Source: Vicinamibacterales bacterium (GTDB taxonomy: Bacteria > Acidobacteriota > Vicinamibacteria > Vicinamibacterales > SCN-69-37). From it: a DNA stretch of 64,000 bases. The stretch covers positions 65,821-129,820 of the forward strand of contig JBDSZL010000004.1 of the NCBI GenBank assembly GCA_039925145.1. The letters are read 5' to 3'. The notes beneath the pieces are model-generated. The model did not search any database. It worked only from the letters and a program-made list of their open reading frames with translations, and was not told the DNA's origin. Shown piece by piece: positions 9,449-18,383 of this stretch (within the stretch, counting starts at the first letter, position 1; each line of letters begins with the position of its first letter). Made by a program: the position numbers and the translations under genes.

Positions 9449-9474
9449 GGGGCAGCCGCTGTCGTGGCTGCCCC
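9449..9474. terminator. GC-rich hairpin between convergent genes (candidate bidirectional terminator)
   Basis: ggggcagcc (9449-9457) / loop gctgtcgt / ggctgcccc (9466-9474), a perfect 9-bp stem. There is no U-tract on either strand. Confidence 0.5.
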
Positions 9475-9486
9475 GGCCACTGCCGT

Positions 9487-9909
9487 CTAGCTGTACATCT
9501 GCTGTCGGGCGCTCAGCCTCGTCCATCCACGGGCGATGCGATAAATGAACCAGATCGTCACCGCGCCCAGTGGCAGCCACACCACGATGATGCCAATGCC
9601 GAGCGTCATGACGAGGAAGAGGCCGCAGAGCGCGACCCAGAGAAGCCCGAACCAGAACGTGCGAATCTGCCACCGGAAGTGGGATTCGAGCCACGTGCCC
9701 CGAGCCTCGCCCCGCTTGATGTAGTTCAGAATCACCGCGATGATCGACGGCCACCCCGTGAGAAACGCGCCGATGACGGTGGCCGCGCCAAGAATCCCCG
9801 TGAGCAGGCTGAACGCATGCAGCGCATAAATTGTCGTGGTCCAGCCGATGAGTGAGCTCGACCTGGCATCGAGCGTCGTGACCGCTGGCGTGTGAGCTGG
9901 CACATTCAT
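9487..9909 (-). CDS. Small integral membrane protein, uncharacterised
   Basis: Start MNVPAHTPAV at 9909 with AGAGGAA upstream on the minus strand. 3-4 predicted TM helices (IYALHAFSLLTGILGAATVIGAFL, FWFGLLWVALCGLFLVMTLGIGIIVVWLPLGAV). Confidence 0.6.
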   Translation of the reverse strand: MNVPAHTPAVTTLDARSSSLIGWTTTIYALHAFSLLTGILGAATVIGAFLTGWPSIIAVILNYIKRGEARGTWLESHFRWQIRTFWFGLLWVALCGLFLVMTLGIGIIVVWLPLGAVTIWFIYRIARGWTRLSARQQMYS

Positions 9910-9986
9910 GGTGTTCCTCTTTACCGGTAAAGACGTGTGGATTGCGGGCTCGGGTTCCAGCGATGGTCCGCGACTGGCTCTGAACG

Positions 9987-10014
9987 AAAAAGGGGCGGAC
10001 ACGGTGTCCGCCCC
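9987..10014 (-). terminator. Rho-independent terminator of the cytochrome c / PQQ dehydrogenase operon
   Basis: ggggcggaca (9992-10001) / cgg / tgtccgcccc (10005-10014), a perfect 10-bp stem. On the minus-strand transcript it is followed by UUUUU (plus-strand aaaaa 9987-9991). It lies 26 nt downstream of the stop at 10040. Confidence 0.8.
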
Positions 10015-10039
10015 TGCGTGTGGACTTAATCGGCAGGCG

Positions 10040-11758
10040 TCAGTTCATCACAAACGAATACAGCGCGTCGCCGACGGCGACGAGCACGTACTGATGACCG
10101 TCGAGCATGTAGGTTTCGGGCGCGTTCGTCGGATTACCGATGCGCGCGTGCCAGAGCGGCTTGCCGTTTGTCGCGTCGAACGACACGAAGTTGCCGGCGC
10201 CATCGCCCGTGAAGAGGATCTTACCCGCCGTAGCGAGCACGCCGATGCCGCTGCCCCCCGCGCTGGCGTACTGATGCCGCCACACAACCTTACCGGTCTT
10301 GTAGTCGATGGCGGTCAGGTTGCTCGGCAGCCCTCCGACAGCGACTCGCAGCTTGCCGCCAAGCCCCATTGACCCTCGAGGATCGGGATCGGTCAGATAG
10401 AGCATGTTGAAGCCGTTGTCTTCGGTCACGTAGAACAGGCCCGTATCCGGTGAGTACGCCGGCGGCTGCCAGTTGACGACGCCGCCCTCGGGAGGCGAGA
10501 CCAGCGCACCGGGAATCGTCGCTTCTTTTTCCGGGTTGGGCTCGGGCGCGCCATTGGGACGCATCGAGGCGGCCCAGTTCGTGGTCGTGCCGAACTTGCT
10601 GCTCGCGACGAGCTTGCCGTTGGTGCGATCCAGCGTAAAGAAGTAGCCGTTCCGTGAGGCGGTCGACACGAGCTTACGCGGCTGCCCGTTGATGACCCCG
10701 TCGATCAGGATCGGCGTCTGCGCCGAATCCCAGTCGTGCGTGTCGTGCGGCGATGTCTGGTAGTACCACGCCATCTTGCCCGTGTCGACGTTCACCGCCA
10801 CGATCGAACACGTGAACAGGTTGTCGCCCTTGCGTCCCGCGCCCGTGTAGCCCGGCGTCGGGTTGCCCGTGCCGAAGATGTACAGGTGCGTCTCGGGATC
10901 GTACGAGCCGGGGATCCAGACCTGTCCGCCGCCATGCCGCGCGGCGTCGAGGCTGGGCCACGTATCGAGACCCGGGTCGCCGGCGTTCATCGGCACCGTG
11001 TAGAACTTCCACTGGAGTTTGCCCGTCTCCGGGTCGAACGACTGCAGGAAGCCGGGCATGTCCGAGTCGTTCCCGGTGCCCACCAGCAGGTGGTCGCCCA
11101 CGACGATGGGGGCTGGCGTCGAGAAGTACTGTTCTTCGAATGAGGCGAGAGGAACGTGCCAGCGCTCCTTGCCGGTCTTTGCGTCGAGCGACACGAGGTA
11201 GTCGTCGGGCGTCTCGAAGTAGAGGTTGTTGTGCCAGAGCGCGGGCCCACGACTTCCAATGTGCGTGGAACCGCGCGTCTTCCAGAAGTAGTGCCAGATC
11301 TCGCGCCCATCGCGCGCGTCGATGGCCCAGGCGTTGTCGGGAGCCGTGGCGTAGAGGATGCCATCGACCTGGAGGATGGCGCCCTTGAGCGACGCTCCGC
11401 CGATGCCGAAGTCGGCCGTGCCTTCGCCGCCGATGATCATCGGCGTTCCGCCGCCACCGCCCGCTCCTCCGCGCCCGCCGCCGCGGCCTCCTCCGCCGGC
11501 CGCGCCTGCACCGCCCGCCGGACCCGCACCGCCGCTGACGCGTCCGATCCAGGCGAGTGCCAGGCCCTTGACCGTGCTCTGATTCGCCTGGGTCAACGCG
11601 CTATATCGTCGCCCGGTGTAGTCGCCCGAGTAGGTCGGCCATGAATCGGCGAGCGGCTCGAGCAGGGTAGCCGGGTCGAGACCCCCTTGCCCCTGCCCTG
11701 CCAGAATTGCGGGAGCCAGAACCAATGACGTCGTGAGCAGCAGCTTCTTGAGTGTCAT
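10040..11758 (-). CDS. PQQ-dependent dehydrogenase (quinoprotein beta-propeller), secreted
   Basis: 572-aa ORF with a signal peptide. Repeated W-containing propeller blades (AIDARDGREIWHYFW, DAKTGKERWH, DPETGKLQWKF, VDTGKMAWYYQ, DYKTGKVVWRH, DATNGKPLWHA). Carries a Gly/Arg-rich insertion at aa 76-104. Its start overlaps the upstream stop (ATGA 11755-11758). Confidence 0.85.
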   Translation of the reverse strand: MTLKKLLLTTSLVLAPAILAGQGQGGLDPATLLEPLADSWPTYSGDYTGRRYSALTQANQSTVKGLALAWIGRVSGGAGPAGGAGAAGGGGRGGGRGGAGGGGGTPMIIGGEGTADFGIGGASLKGAILQVDGILYATAPDNAWAIDARDGREIWHYFWKTRGSTHIGSRGPALWHNNLYFETPDDYLVSLDAKTGKERWHVPLASFEEQYFSTPAPIVVGDHLLVGTGNDSDMPGFLQSFDPETGKLQWKFYTVPMNAGDPGLDTWPSLDAARHGGGQVWIPGSYDPETHLYIFGTGNPTPGYTGAGRKGDNLFTCSIVAVNVDTGKMAWYYQTSPHDTHDWDSAQTPILIDGVINGQPRKLVSTASRNGYFFTLDRTNGKLVASSKFGTTTNWAASMRPNGAPEPNPEKEATIPGALVSPPEGGVVNWQPPAYSPDTGLFYVTEDNGFNMLYLTDPDPRGSMGLGGKLRVAVGGLPSNLTAIDYKTGKVVWRHQYASAGGSGIGVLATAGKILFTGDGAGNFVSFDATNGKPLWHARIGNPTNAPETYMLDGHQYVLVAVGDALYSFVMN

Positions 11759-12711
11759 TTCAGGGTCACCAGGTAGGCAGTAACGTCGTGGATGTCTTTG
11801 TCGGTGTAGACCGCGAGCAGCTTGCGGTGCCCTTCCATCGGGTCGTGCACTTCGACCTTGGGCACGTCACCGTCGCGATTGAATGTGCGCATGGTGCCGT
11901 CGGCCAGACCGACCACGACCTGAAAGTCATCGACGCGAACGAGCCGCCCGTCGACTTTCGGTCCGGCCGCGGGCGTTACGGTGACTGTGACCGGTGTGCC
12001 GCCTCCGCGTCCGCCACCTCCGCGGCCACCGCCTCCGCCAACCGACCCCGAGATCCAGCCGTTCTGTAGGTCGGTGGGGCTCGCGGCCTTCGAGCCGATG
12101 GCGCGCAGGTCCCCGGTGGCTGAATGACACGAGCTGCACTTGGATGTGAAATATGCCTGGCCGGCGGCCGCGTTGCCAACCAGGATGTTCAGCACCACGG
12201 GCGGCCCGGCCGGCGGCGCGCCCTGCCCGCGCGCACTCGCGACCACGCTGTGGATGTACTCGGCGATGGCGAGCACGTCGGCGTCTGGCAGGTTGATGGC
12301 CGCCATGCCGCCAGGGCCCGATCGACTGCCGTGCACGATTGGGAGGATGAGCTCGCCTGCCTGATCTTTGAGCACGGTGTCGGAGCGAAGCAGATTTGGA
12401 CCGCCTTCATCTCCGCCGCGCAAATCGGTTCCGTGGCAGCTCACGCAGCTGATGCCGAACAGCACCTTGCCGCGTGCGATCAGCGTCGGGTCGCCCTGTG
12501 GCCGCTGCTGGGCAGGAAATGTGGCCGGACCCCCGGCGGCGCGCCCGCGTCCCTGCGCGGCTGGCGCCTGTGCACCCGCCGCACCAGGCGCCTGAGCCGG
12601 AGGCGGATTTGGGGCGGGTGCCTGGGGAGGGGCCTGTGCCGTCACGTGCACGGCGACCATGAGCGTAAGTCCCGCGACAACCGCCGGGACCAGACGTGTC
12701 TTGAACTGCAT
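11755..12711 (-). CDS. Dihaem c-type cytochrome, secreted (likely electron acceptor of the PQQ dehydrogenase)
   Basis: Start MQFKTRLVPAVVAGLTLMVAV at 12711 with GAGGTG upstream. Two CxxCH motifs (CVSCH, CSSCH). Gly/Arg-rich segment GGGGGRGGGGRGGG encoded at 11998-12039. Confidence 0.8.
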   Translation of the reverse strand: MQFKTRLVPAVVAGLTLMVAVHVTAQAPPQAPAPNPPPAQAPGAAGAQAPAAQGRGRAAGGPATFPAQQRPQGDPTLIARGKVLFGISCVSCHGTDLRGGDEGGPNLLRSDTVLKDQAGELILPIVHGSRSGPGGMAAINLPDADVLAIAEYIHSVVASARGQGAPPAGPPVVLNILVGNAAAGQAYFTSKCSSCHSATGDLRAIGSKAASPTDLQNGWISGSVGGGGGRGGGGRGGGTPVTVTVTPAAGPKVDGRLVRVDDFQVVVGLADGTMRTFNRDGDVPKVEVHDPMEGHRKLLAVYTDKDIHDVTAYLVTLK

Positions 12712-12928
12712 CTTCACCTCGACGTGGACAATGGCGAACCTGGCTCGCGTGGACCCGGCGGTCCTCCGATAGACCGACCGCGCCACCAAAAAATGCCCTG
12801 CCAACCAGATTGAGTAACCGGCCCATCATAGTGCGGCTCGGGCTGGGGTCGCTCGTTTCAGCCGTCCGCGTGGCAATCTGGCCGCCGGGCCGGTCGAACA
12901 GCAGGCAATTCCGATAGAGTAGACCGTC

Positions 12929-13651
12929 GTGACCGACAACGTGCAGACAGCAGTCGTAACTGGCGCCGGCAGCGGCGTTGGCCGGGCGGTGGCGCTCAAG
13001 TTCGCAGCCGAAGGCTGGCGTGTCGCGCTCGTCGGCCGTCGCGAGGAGGCGCTCGAGGAGACGCGCGGGCTGATGCCGCCCGAAGCGGCCGCTCGCGCGC
13101 TGTGCGTGGGTTGCGACCTTCGCGACGGCGCGGCGGTGGACGTCATGGCGGCGACCGTGCTCGAGGCGTTCCACTACGTCGACGTCCTCGTCAACTCCGC
13201 GGGGACCAATGTGCCGCGTCGCAGCTTCGACGTGCTGTCGCGCGAAGACTGGCACGACGTGCTTGCCACGAACCTCCACGGCGCGTTCTACTGCGTCAAA
13301 GCGTTTCTACCCTCGATGCGCGCCCGTGCCACTGGCACTGTCGTCAACATCAACTCCGACGCGGGCAAGATCGCCCGCGATCTTGCTGGTGTGGCCTATG
13401 TGACCTCGAAGTTCGGATTGGCGGGCCTGGCGCAGTCGCTGAACGCCGAGGAACGGGCGCACGGGATTCGCGCCTGCTCCATTTTTCCCCGCGACGTGAA
13501 CACGCCGCTGCTCGACAAGCGGCCGCAGCCGCCTCCCGCCGAGGCGCGCGCGCGCATGATTCAGCCCGAAGATATGGCGGAGTGTGTGTGGCTGGCGGCG
13601 ACCATGCCGTCGCGCGCCATCGTCGAAGAGATCTTCATCTCATCGCGGTGA
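12929..13651 (+). CDS. Short-chain dehydrogenase/reductase (SDR)
   Basis: GTG start. TGAGSGVGRA cofactor motif, NSAG, and YVTSK (YxxxK) catalytic motif. Confidence 0.85.
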   Translation: MTDNVQTAVVTGAGSGVGRAVALKFAAEGWRVALVGRREEALEETRGLMPPEAAARALCVGCDLRDGAAVDVMAATVLEAFHYVDVLVNSAGTNVPRRSFDVLSREDWHDVLATNLHGAFYCVKAFLPSMRARATGTVVNINSDAGKIARDLAGVAYVTSKFGLAGLAQSLNAEERAHGIRACSIFPRDVNTPLLDKRPQPPPAEARARMIQPEDMAECVWLAATMPSRAIVEEIFISSR

Positions 13652-13722
13652 ATGCCCGCGCTGGCAACGCCTGCGGCGTGCGAGCCCCAGCACGTAGGCC
13701 CCGCCCGTGGCCGACGTGCCGG

Positions 13723-14853
13723 TCAGCGGTATTGCATCACGGCGATCGTCACGTCGTCACTTGGCGGCGCCGATCCACAGAACTCCTTGACCGTGGCGAA
13801 CAGCTGGGCGAGCAGATCGGCCGGAGGCGCGAAGCGGTGGCCTTCCGCGCACTGGAGCAGGCGCTCGATCCCGAAGTCGTCGCCGTCGGGGGCCACGGCA
13901 TCGGTGACGCCGTCGCTGAACGCCACCAGTGAATCGCCCGACTCGAGTAGCACGGTCTCTTCGGGAAAGGCAGCGTCTGAAAAGACGCCCAGCATCGGGC
14001 CGCCTTCGGTGAGCCGGACGATGCCTTTACGTGAGAGCAGTAGCGGGGGATTGTGACCCGCGTTCGAGTAGGTAAAGCGTCCGCCAGGGGCCAGCACGCC
14101 GTAGGCGAGCGTGGCAAATCGCGGCTCGATGCCGCGCCCGCAGAGCGCCAGGTTCACCCGGGTCAGCACCGCGCTGGGTCCGCCCCCTTCATTGGCCACG
14201 ATGGAAAACATGCCCTGCAGCATCGCGGCGACCAGCGCGGCTGCCGGGCCCTTGCCGGATACGTCGCCGACGGCGATACCTAGCTCGCCGGTCGGCAAGT
14301 CGAGGTACTCGAGGAAGTCGCCGCCGATCGCGCGGCACGGCAGCGACGATCCCACGACCTCGAAGAACGGCCCTGCATGTTCGGTGCGGCAGAGCAGCGT
14401 GTGTTGCACGATGGCGGCGAGCGCCATCTCCCGCTCCATGCGGGCCTTTTCGAGCCGCTCGAGCACGCCTCCGAAATCGTAGACCCGTTGTTCGTACACA
14501 ATGAGGCCCTCGCGAACGGTGAACAGTCGCGCGGCCTGATAGGCAATCTGCTGACCGGTCGGCGGCATGCCGAACAGCTCCACACGATGCGTTCCCGTCA
14601 CGGTGCTGAACTCAGCGGCGCGCTCGCCCTCCGACAGAAACAGGGCGTCGCTCATCACGATCGAGTAATCGGGGAACATCGCAAACAGACGGTCGAACGA
14701 TCGGCCGATGGCCGCCCTGCCCGTGACGGTGTTGAACATCGGGCTGACGAGCACGGCGTCTTCGGCGTACATCTCGATCAGGGCCGGCACATCGTGCCGG
14801 TTCAGGGCCGCCGTGTGGCGTCCGAGCACCAGCCTGATCTCATGGCCTGTCAT
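13723..14853 (-). CDS. PP2C/SpoIIE-family serine phosphatase with N-terminal SnoaL/NTF2-like domain
   Basis: N-terminus is MTGHEIRLVLGRHTAALNRHDVPALIEMYAEDAVLVSP (SnoaL-like). C-terminal SpoIIE-like motifs are GGDFLEY, AVGDVSGKG, AGHNPPLL, FSDGVTD. An alternative GTG start exists at 14892. Confidence 0.8.
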   Translation of the reverse strand: MTGHEIRLVLGRHTAALNRHDVPALIEMYAEDAVLVSPMFNTVTGRAAIGRSFDRLFAMFPDYSIVMSDALFLSEGERAAEFSTVTGTHRVELFGMPPTGQQIAYQAARLFTVREGLIVYEQRVYDFGGVLERLEKARMEREMALAAIVQHTLLCRTEHAGPFFEVVGSSLPCRAIGGDFLEYLDLPTGELGIAVGDVSGKGPAAALVAAMLQGMFSIVANEGGGPSAVLTRVNLALCGRGIEPRFATLAYGVLAPGGRFTYSNAGHNPPLLLSRKGIVRLTEGGPMLGVFSDAAFPEETVLLESGDSLVAFSDGVTDAVAPDGDDFGIERLLQCAEGHRFAPPADLLAQLFATVKEFCGSAPPSDDVTIAVMQYR

Positions 14854-14925
14854 AGGTGTCGCGATCTTACAGGCGTTCGGATGCGCGAGCACGCGTCACC
14901 CGCTACCCGCGTGGCCAGGCCGCGT

Positions 14926-15033
14926 TTTTCCTATGACACAATCACGCGGCATGACACGCACCTGGCCAAGCCCGTCGATGAACGACAACTGAACGAGGCG
15001 ATCGCGGTCGTCACCGGAAGAAGATCAGGGTGA
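14926..15033 (+). pseudogene. Relic of the C-terminal ~30 codons of a receiver (REC) domain
   Basis: Translation is FSYDTITRHDTHLAKPVDERQLNEAIAVVTGRRSG*. Compare the C-terminus of the hybrid kinase in this window, [25 protein letters not shown]. No upstream REC sequence remains, because the PP2C gene occupies the opposite strand. The tail overlaps the 3' end of the antiporter gene. Confidence 0.3.
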
Positions 15034-16258
15034 CGATGGCGAAGACAGGCAGCAGGACGCAGCTGCTGTAGAGCATGTATCCGCCGAAGCCCGGCATTCG
15101 CACCCCGCGACTCTCCGCGATCGATCGGACCATGAAGTTTGGACCGTTGCCGATATACGTGTTGGCCCCCATGAACACCGCCCCAAGGCTGATGGCCTCG
15201 AGCACGGCGTGGGGCACCTGCGCCACTTCGGCCGCCAGTCCCTGACCCTGTCCGAGCGCCAGGAATGTCAGGTAGGTGGGCGCGTTGTCGAGAAACGACG
15301 ACAGGGCACCTGTGGCCCAGAAGAACTGCCACGGCTCGCGAACCCCGAGCGCTGTGCCATGCACCCGCAGCAAGTCGAGCGCCGGGATCATGGTGGCGAA
15401 AATCCCGAGGAAGATCACCGCGACCTCGAGGATGGGGTGAAACGAGAAGTGGTTCGCGGTTCGCACCGATTGCGGCGTCCGGAGATACGACACCACGGAG
15501 AGTCCCACCATCGTGAGCTCTCGCCACGGACCACTGAGAAAAGCCGCGGCGGCCACAATCCCGCCGAGCAGGAACAGGTTCTCTGCGCCACGGATGCTGA
15601 TTGGCTCCACCGACGCCTTGTCGGCTCGGATGCGCGGCGGCTGCTCGCTCGCGTACGCGCGCAGATCCCAGACGAAGTAGACCGCCAGCAGCAGACCGCT
15701 GGTGAAGAGCCACATCGGCAGGAGCCGGAACGTCCAGGTGAACGGCACGCCCTGCAGATAGCCGAGGAACAACGGCGGGTCTCCGAGCGGCGTCAGGCAG
15801 CCGCCGATGTTGGAGACCAGAAAGATGAAGAAGACGACGGTGTGCACGACATGCCGCCGCTCGCTGTTGGTGTGCAGCAACGGCCTGATGAGCAGCATCG
15901 ACGCGCCAGTCGTGCCGATGAACGACGCGACGAGGGCGCCGAGCGCGAGAAATCCTGTGTTGACCAGAGGGGTTGCCTCGAGGTCGCCATCCATCAGCAC
16001 ACCGCCGGAAATCACGAACAGACTCCCGAGCAGCACCATGAACGACACGTAGTCCTCGGCCGTGTGCGCGATCGCGCCAGGAGCGTGCTGCGCGTACAGC
16101 CAGAGCACGGGAATACCGAGCACGGCCGACACGGCCAGCTTGTGGAGGTTCGATTCCCAGAAATGTGGGAGGACCAGGGGGATCACCGCGATGCCGAGCA
16201 GCAACGCGGCAAAGGGCAGGACCCAGGTGGTCGAAGGCAGAAAGACTGCGTGTTCCAC
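15011..16258 (-). CDS. Polytopic permease of the ArsB/NhaD (sodium:proton antiporter-like) superfamily
   Basis: 415-aa ORF with a GTG start and 10 or more hydrophobic helices. N-terminus VLPFAALLLGIAVIPLVLPHFWESNLHKLAV is typical of NhaD-like antiporters. Confidence 0.7.
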   Translation of the reverse strand: MEHAVFLPSTTWVLPFAALLLGIAVIPLVLPHFWESNLHKLAVSAVLGIPVLWLYAQHAPGAIAHTAEDYVSFMVLLGSLFVISGGVLMDGDLEATPLVNTGFLALGALVASFIGTTGASMLLIRPLLHTNSERRHVVHTVVFFIFLVSNIGGCLTPLGDPPLFLGYLQGVPFTWTFRLLPMWLFTSGLLLAVYFVWDLRAYASEQPPRIRADKASVEPISIRGAENLFLLGGIVAAAAFLSGPWRELTMVGLSVVSYLRTPQSVRTANHFSFHPILEVAVIFLGIFATMIPALDLLRVHGTALGVREPWQFFWATGALSSFLDNAPTYLTFLALGQGQGLAAEVAQVPHAVLEAISLGAVFMGANTYIGNGPNFMVRSIAESRGVRMPGFGGYMLYSSCVLLPVFAIVTLIFFR

Positions 16259-16308
16259 GCCCGGATTAAATCACGATCGCGGACGGCCGGCCGGCGTCGG
16301 CGGCGATG

Positions 16309-17355
16309 TCAGGTACCGCCAGCAGCGGGGTTCCCGCGCAGCTCGGCGAAGTGACAGGCCGACGGATGCGGATCGGCCGGGCGCGCCACGAGCGCCGGCT
16401 CGTCACGCGCGCACTGATCCTGCGCTTTCCAGCATCGCGTGCGAAAGCGGCATCCCGAGGGCGGGTTGACCGGCGACGGCACGTCGCCCTGGAGGCGGAT
16501 GATGTCGCGCTGACCGCGCGCGTCCGGGTCCGGAACGGGGACCGCGGAGAGCAGCGCCTGCGTGTAGGGGTGTGTCGGACGCCGATAGATCTCGTCTTCG
16601 GTTCCGACTTCAACGAACTTACCGAGATACATCACCGCGACGCGATCGGAGATGTGACGCACGACGGAAAGATCGTGTGCGATGAAGATGTAGGACAGGG
16701 CTAACTCGTCCTGCAGCCGTTCGAGCAGATTGATGACCTGCCCCTGGATGGAGACGTCGAGGGCGGACACCGGCTCGTCGCACACGATCACCGCGGGCTT
16801 GAGCGCGATCGCCCGCGCGATGCCGATGCGCTGACGCTGCCCGCCCGAGAATTGATGCGGATAGCGGTTGATGTGTTCGGGACTCAGGCCGACCATTTCG
16901 AGCAACTCGCGCACGCGCGTTCGCCGCGTGCCTCGCGGCGCCACCTCGGGGTGAATGTCGAAGGGCTCGCCGATGATGTCGCCGACGGTCATGCGCGGAT
17001 TGAGGGACGAGTACGGATCCTGCATCACCAGTTGCAGGTTGCGTCGCAGCCGGCGAAGCTCAGGACCGGAGACCTGGTGGATGTCGCGTCCGTCCAGCAT
17101 GACTCGGCCGCCTGTCGGGGTCTCCAATCGCACCAGCAGCCGCGCGAGCGTTGATTTGCCGCAGCCCGATTCACCGACGATGCCAAGCGTCTCGCCGCGC
17201 CGCAGGTCGAAGCTCACGCCATCGACGGCCTTGACGGCGCCTGTCTGCCTGCGGAACAGGATGCCAGTGCTCATCGCGAAGTGCTTCACCAGATTCTCGA
17301 CCTGCAGGAAGCTCTCGCCCAGCACCCGTGGGCTTGCCGCGTCAGAGCGAGCCAT
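16309..17355 (-). CDS. Oligopeptide/dipeptide ABC transporter ATP-binding protein (OppF/DppF type)
   Basis: Walker [10 protein letters not shown], signature FSGGQRQR, Walker [13 protein letters not shown], and the C-terminal oligopeptide-type extension ([10 protein letters not shown]). Confidence 0.9.
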   Translation of the reverse strand: MARSDAASPRVLGESFLQVENLVKHFAMSTGILFRRQTGAVKAVDGVSFDLRRGETLGIVGESGCGKSTLARLLVRLETPTGGRVMLDGRDIHQVSGPELRRLRRNLQLVMQDPYSSLNPRMTVGDIIGEPFDIHPEVAPRGTRRTRVRELLEMVGLSPEHINRYPHQFSGGQRQRIGIARAIALKPAVIVCDEPVSALDVSIQGQVINLLERLQDELALSYIFIAHDLSVVRHISDRVAVMYLGKFVEVGTEDEIYRRPTHPYTQALLSAVPVPDPDARGQRDIIRLQGDVPSPVNPPSGCRFRTRCWKAQDQCARDEPALVARPADPHPSACHFAELRGNPAAGGT

Positions 17356-18376
17356 CGAGAACCTCGCGTGCGAAGTGACACGCGCTCGACCGGCCGTCGC
17401 CCAGCGCCAGGGATGGCGGGACGGTCGTCGTACAGACGGGTTGCGCGTACGGGCAGCGCGGGTGGAACGGGCAGCCCGGTGGAATGCGGAGCAGGTTCGG
17501 AGGCAGGCCCTTGATGGTCTTCAGTTGCTGACCGCGTTGATCGATCCGCGGAATGGATTGCAGGAGCGCCTCGGTGTACGGATGGGCGGGCGCTCGATAG
17601 AGATCGTGGACCGAGGCGTGTTCGACAATGCGTCCGGCGTACATCACGGCAATACGGTCGGCCACGCTCGCCACCACGCCGAGGTCGTGCGTGATGAGCA
17701 GGACGGCGAGGCTGGCGGTGCGGCGAAGCTCGGCCAGCAGATCCATGATCTGCGCCTGCACGGTGACGTCGAGGGCCGTGGTCGGCTCATCGGCAATCAG
17801 GACGCGCGGGTTGAGGGCCAGCGCCATGGCGATCATGACGCGCTGTCGCATGCCTCCCGAAAACTGATGCGGGTAGTCGTGGACCCGCGCCGCCGCCGCC
17901 GGAATATGCACGAGCTCCATCAGCTCGACGGCGCGCGCGAGCGCGTCGCGCCGCGAGAGGCCCTCGCGCGTACGGAGCGTCTCCGAGATCTGCCATCCCA
18001 CCGGAAACACTGGATTCAGTGACGACAGCGCGTCCTGGAAGATCATCGCGATGTGCTTGCCGCGCACCCCCCGCTGGTCGGCGGTCGTCATCTGGAGCAG
18101 GTCGATGCCCTGGTACCTGATGCTGCCCGAGCGCACGAACGCGGGCGGCGTGTCGAGGATGCCCATAATGGCCTGGGCGGTCACTGACTTGCCGGAGCCC
18201 GATTCTCCCAGCACGGCCAGTGTCTCGCCAGGGTCGAGATACAGCGACACACCGTTGAGGACGCGGGCGACGCCGTCGCGCGTGCGGAACTCGACACAGA
18301 GATCGGAGACGTCCAGCAGGTGCGCGGCTGGGGTGAGCGGCGGCGGGGCGAGGCGGCTTCTCGACGCGTCTGTCAT
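17342..18376 (-). CDS. Oligopeptide/dipeptide ABC transporter ATP-binding protein (OppD/DppD type)
   Basis: Walker [10 protein letters not shown], signature FSGGMRQR, Walker [12 protein letters not shown], and [10 protein letters not shown] tail. Start MTDASRSR at 18376; the ORF track extends to 18421. Confidence 0.9.
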   Translation of the reverse strand: MTDASRSRLAPPPLTPAAHLLDVSDLCVEFRTRDGVARVLNGVSLYLDPGETLAVLGESGSGKSVTAQAIMGILDTPPAFVRSGSIRYQGIDLLQMTTADQRGVRGKHIAMIFQDALSSLNPVFPVGWQISETLRTREGLSRRDALARAVELMELVHIPAAAARVHDYPHQFSGGMRQRVMIAMALALNPRVLIADEPTTALDVTVQAQIMDLLAELRRTASLAVLLITHDLGVVASVADRIAVMYAGRIVEHASVHDLYRAPAHPYTEALLQSIPRIDQRGQQLKTIKGLPPNLLRIPPGCPFHPRCPYAQPVCTTTVPPSLALGDGRSSACHFAREVLDGSL

Positions 18377-18383
18377 GGCGCGC

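Noticed and set aside
11447-11533. GCC/GCG-rich repetitive DNA, considered as a tandem repeat or CRISPR-like array.
   Set aside because: It lies inside a continuous reading frame encoding a Gly/Arg-rich loop. There are no regular repeat-spacer units, and the same applies to the Ala/Pro-rich tract at about 660-1300.
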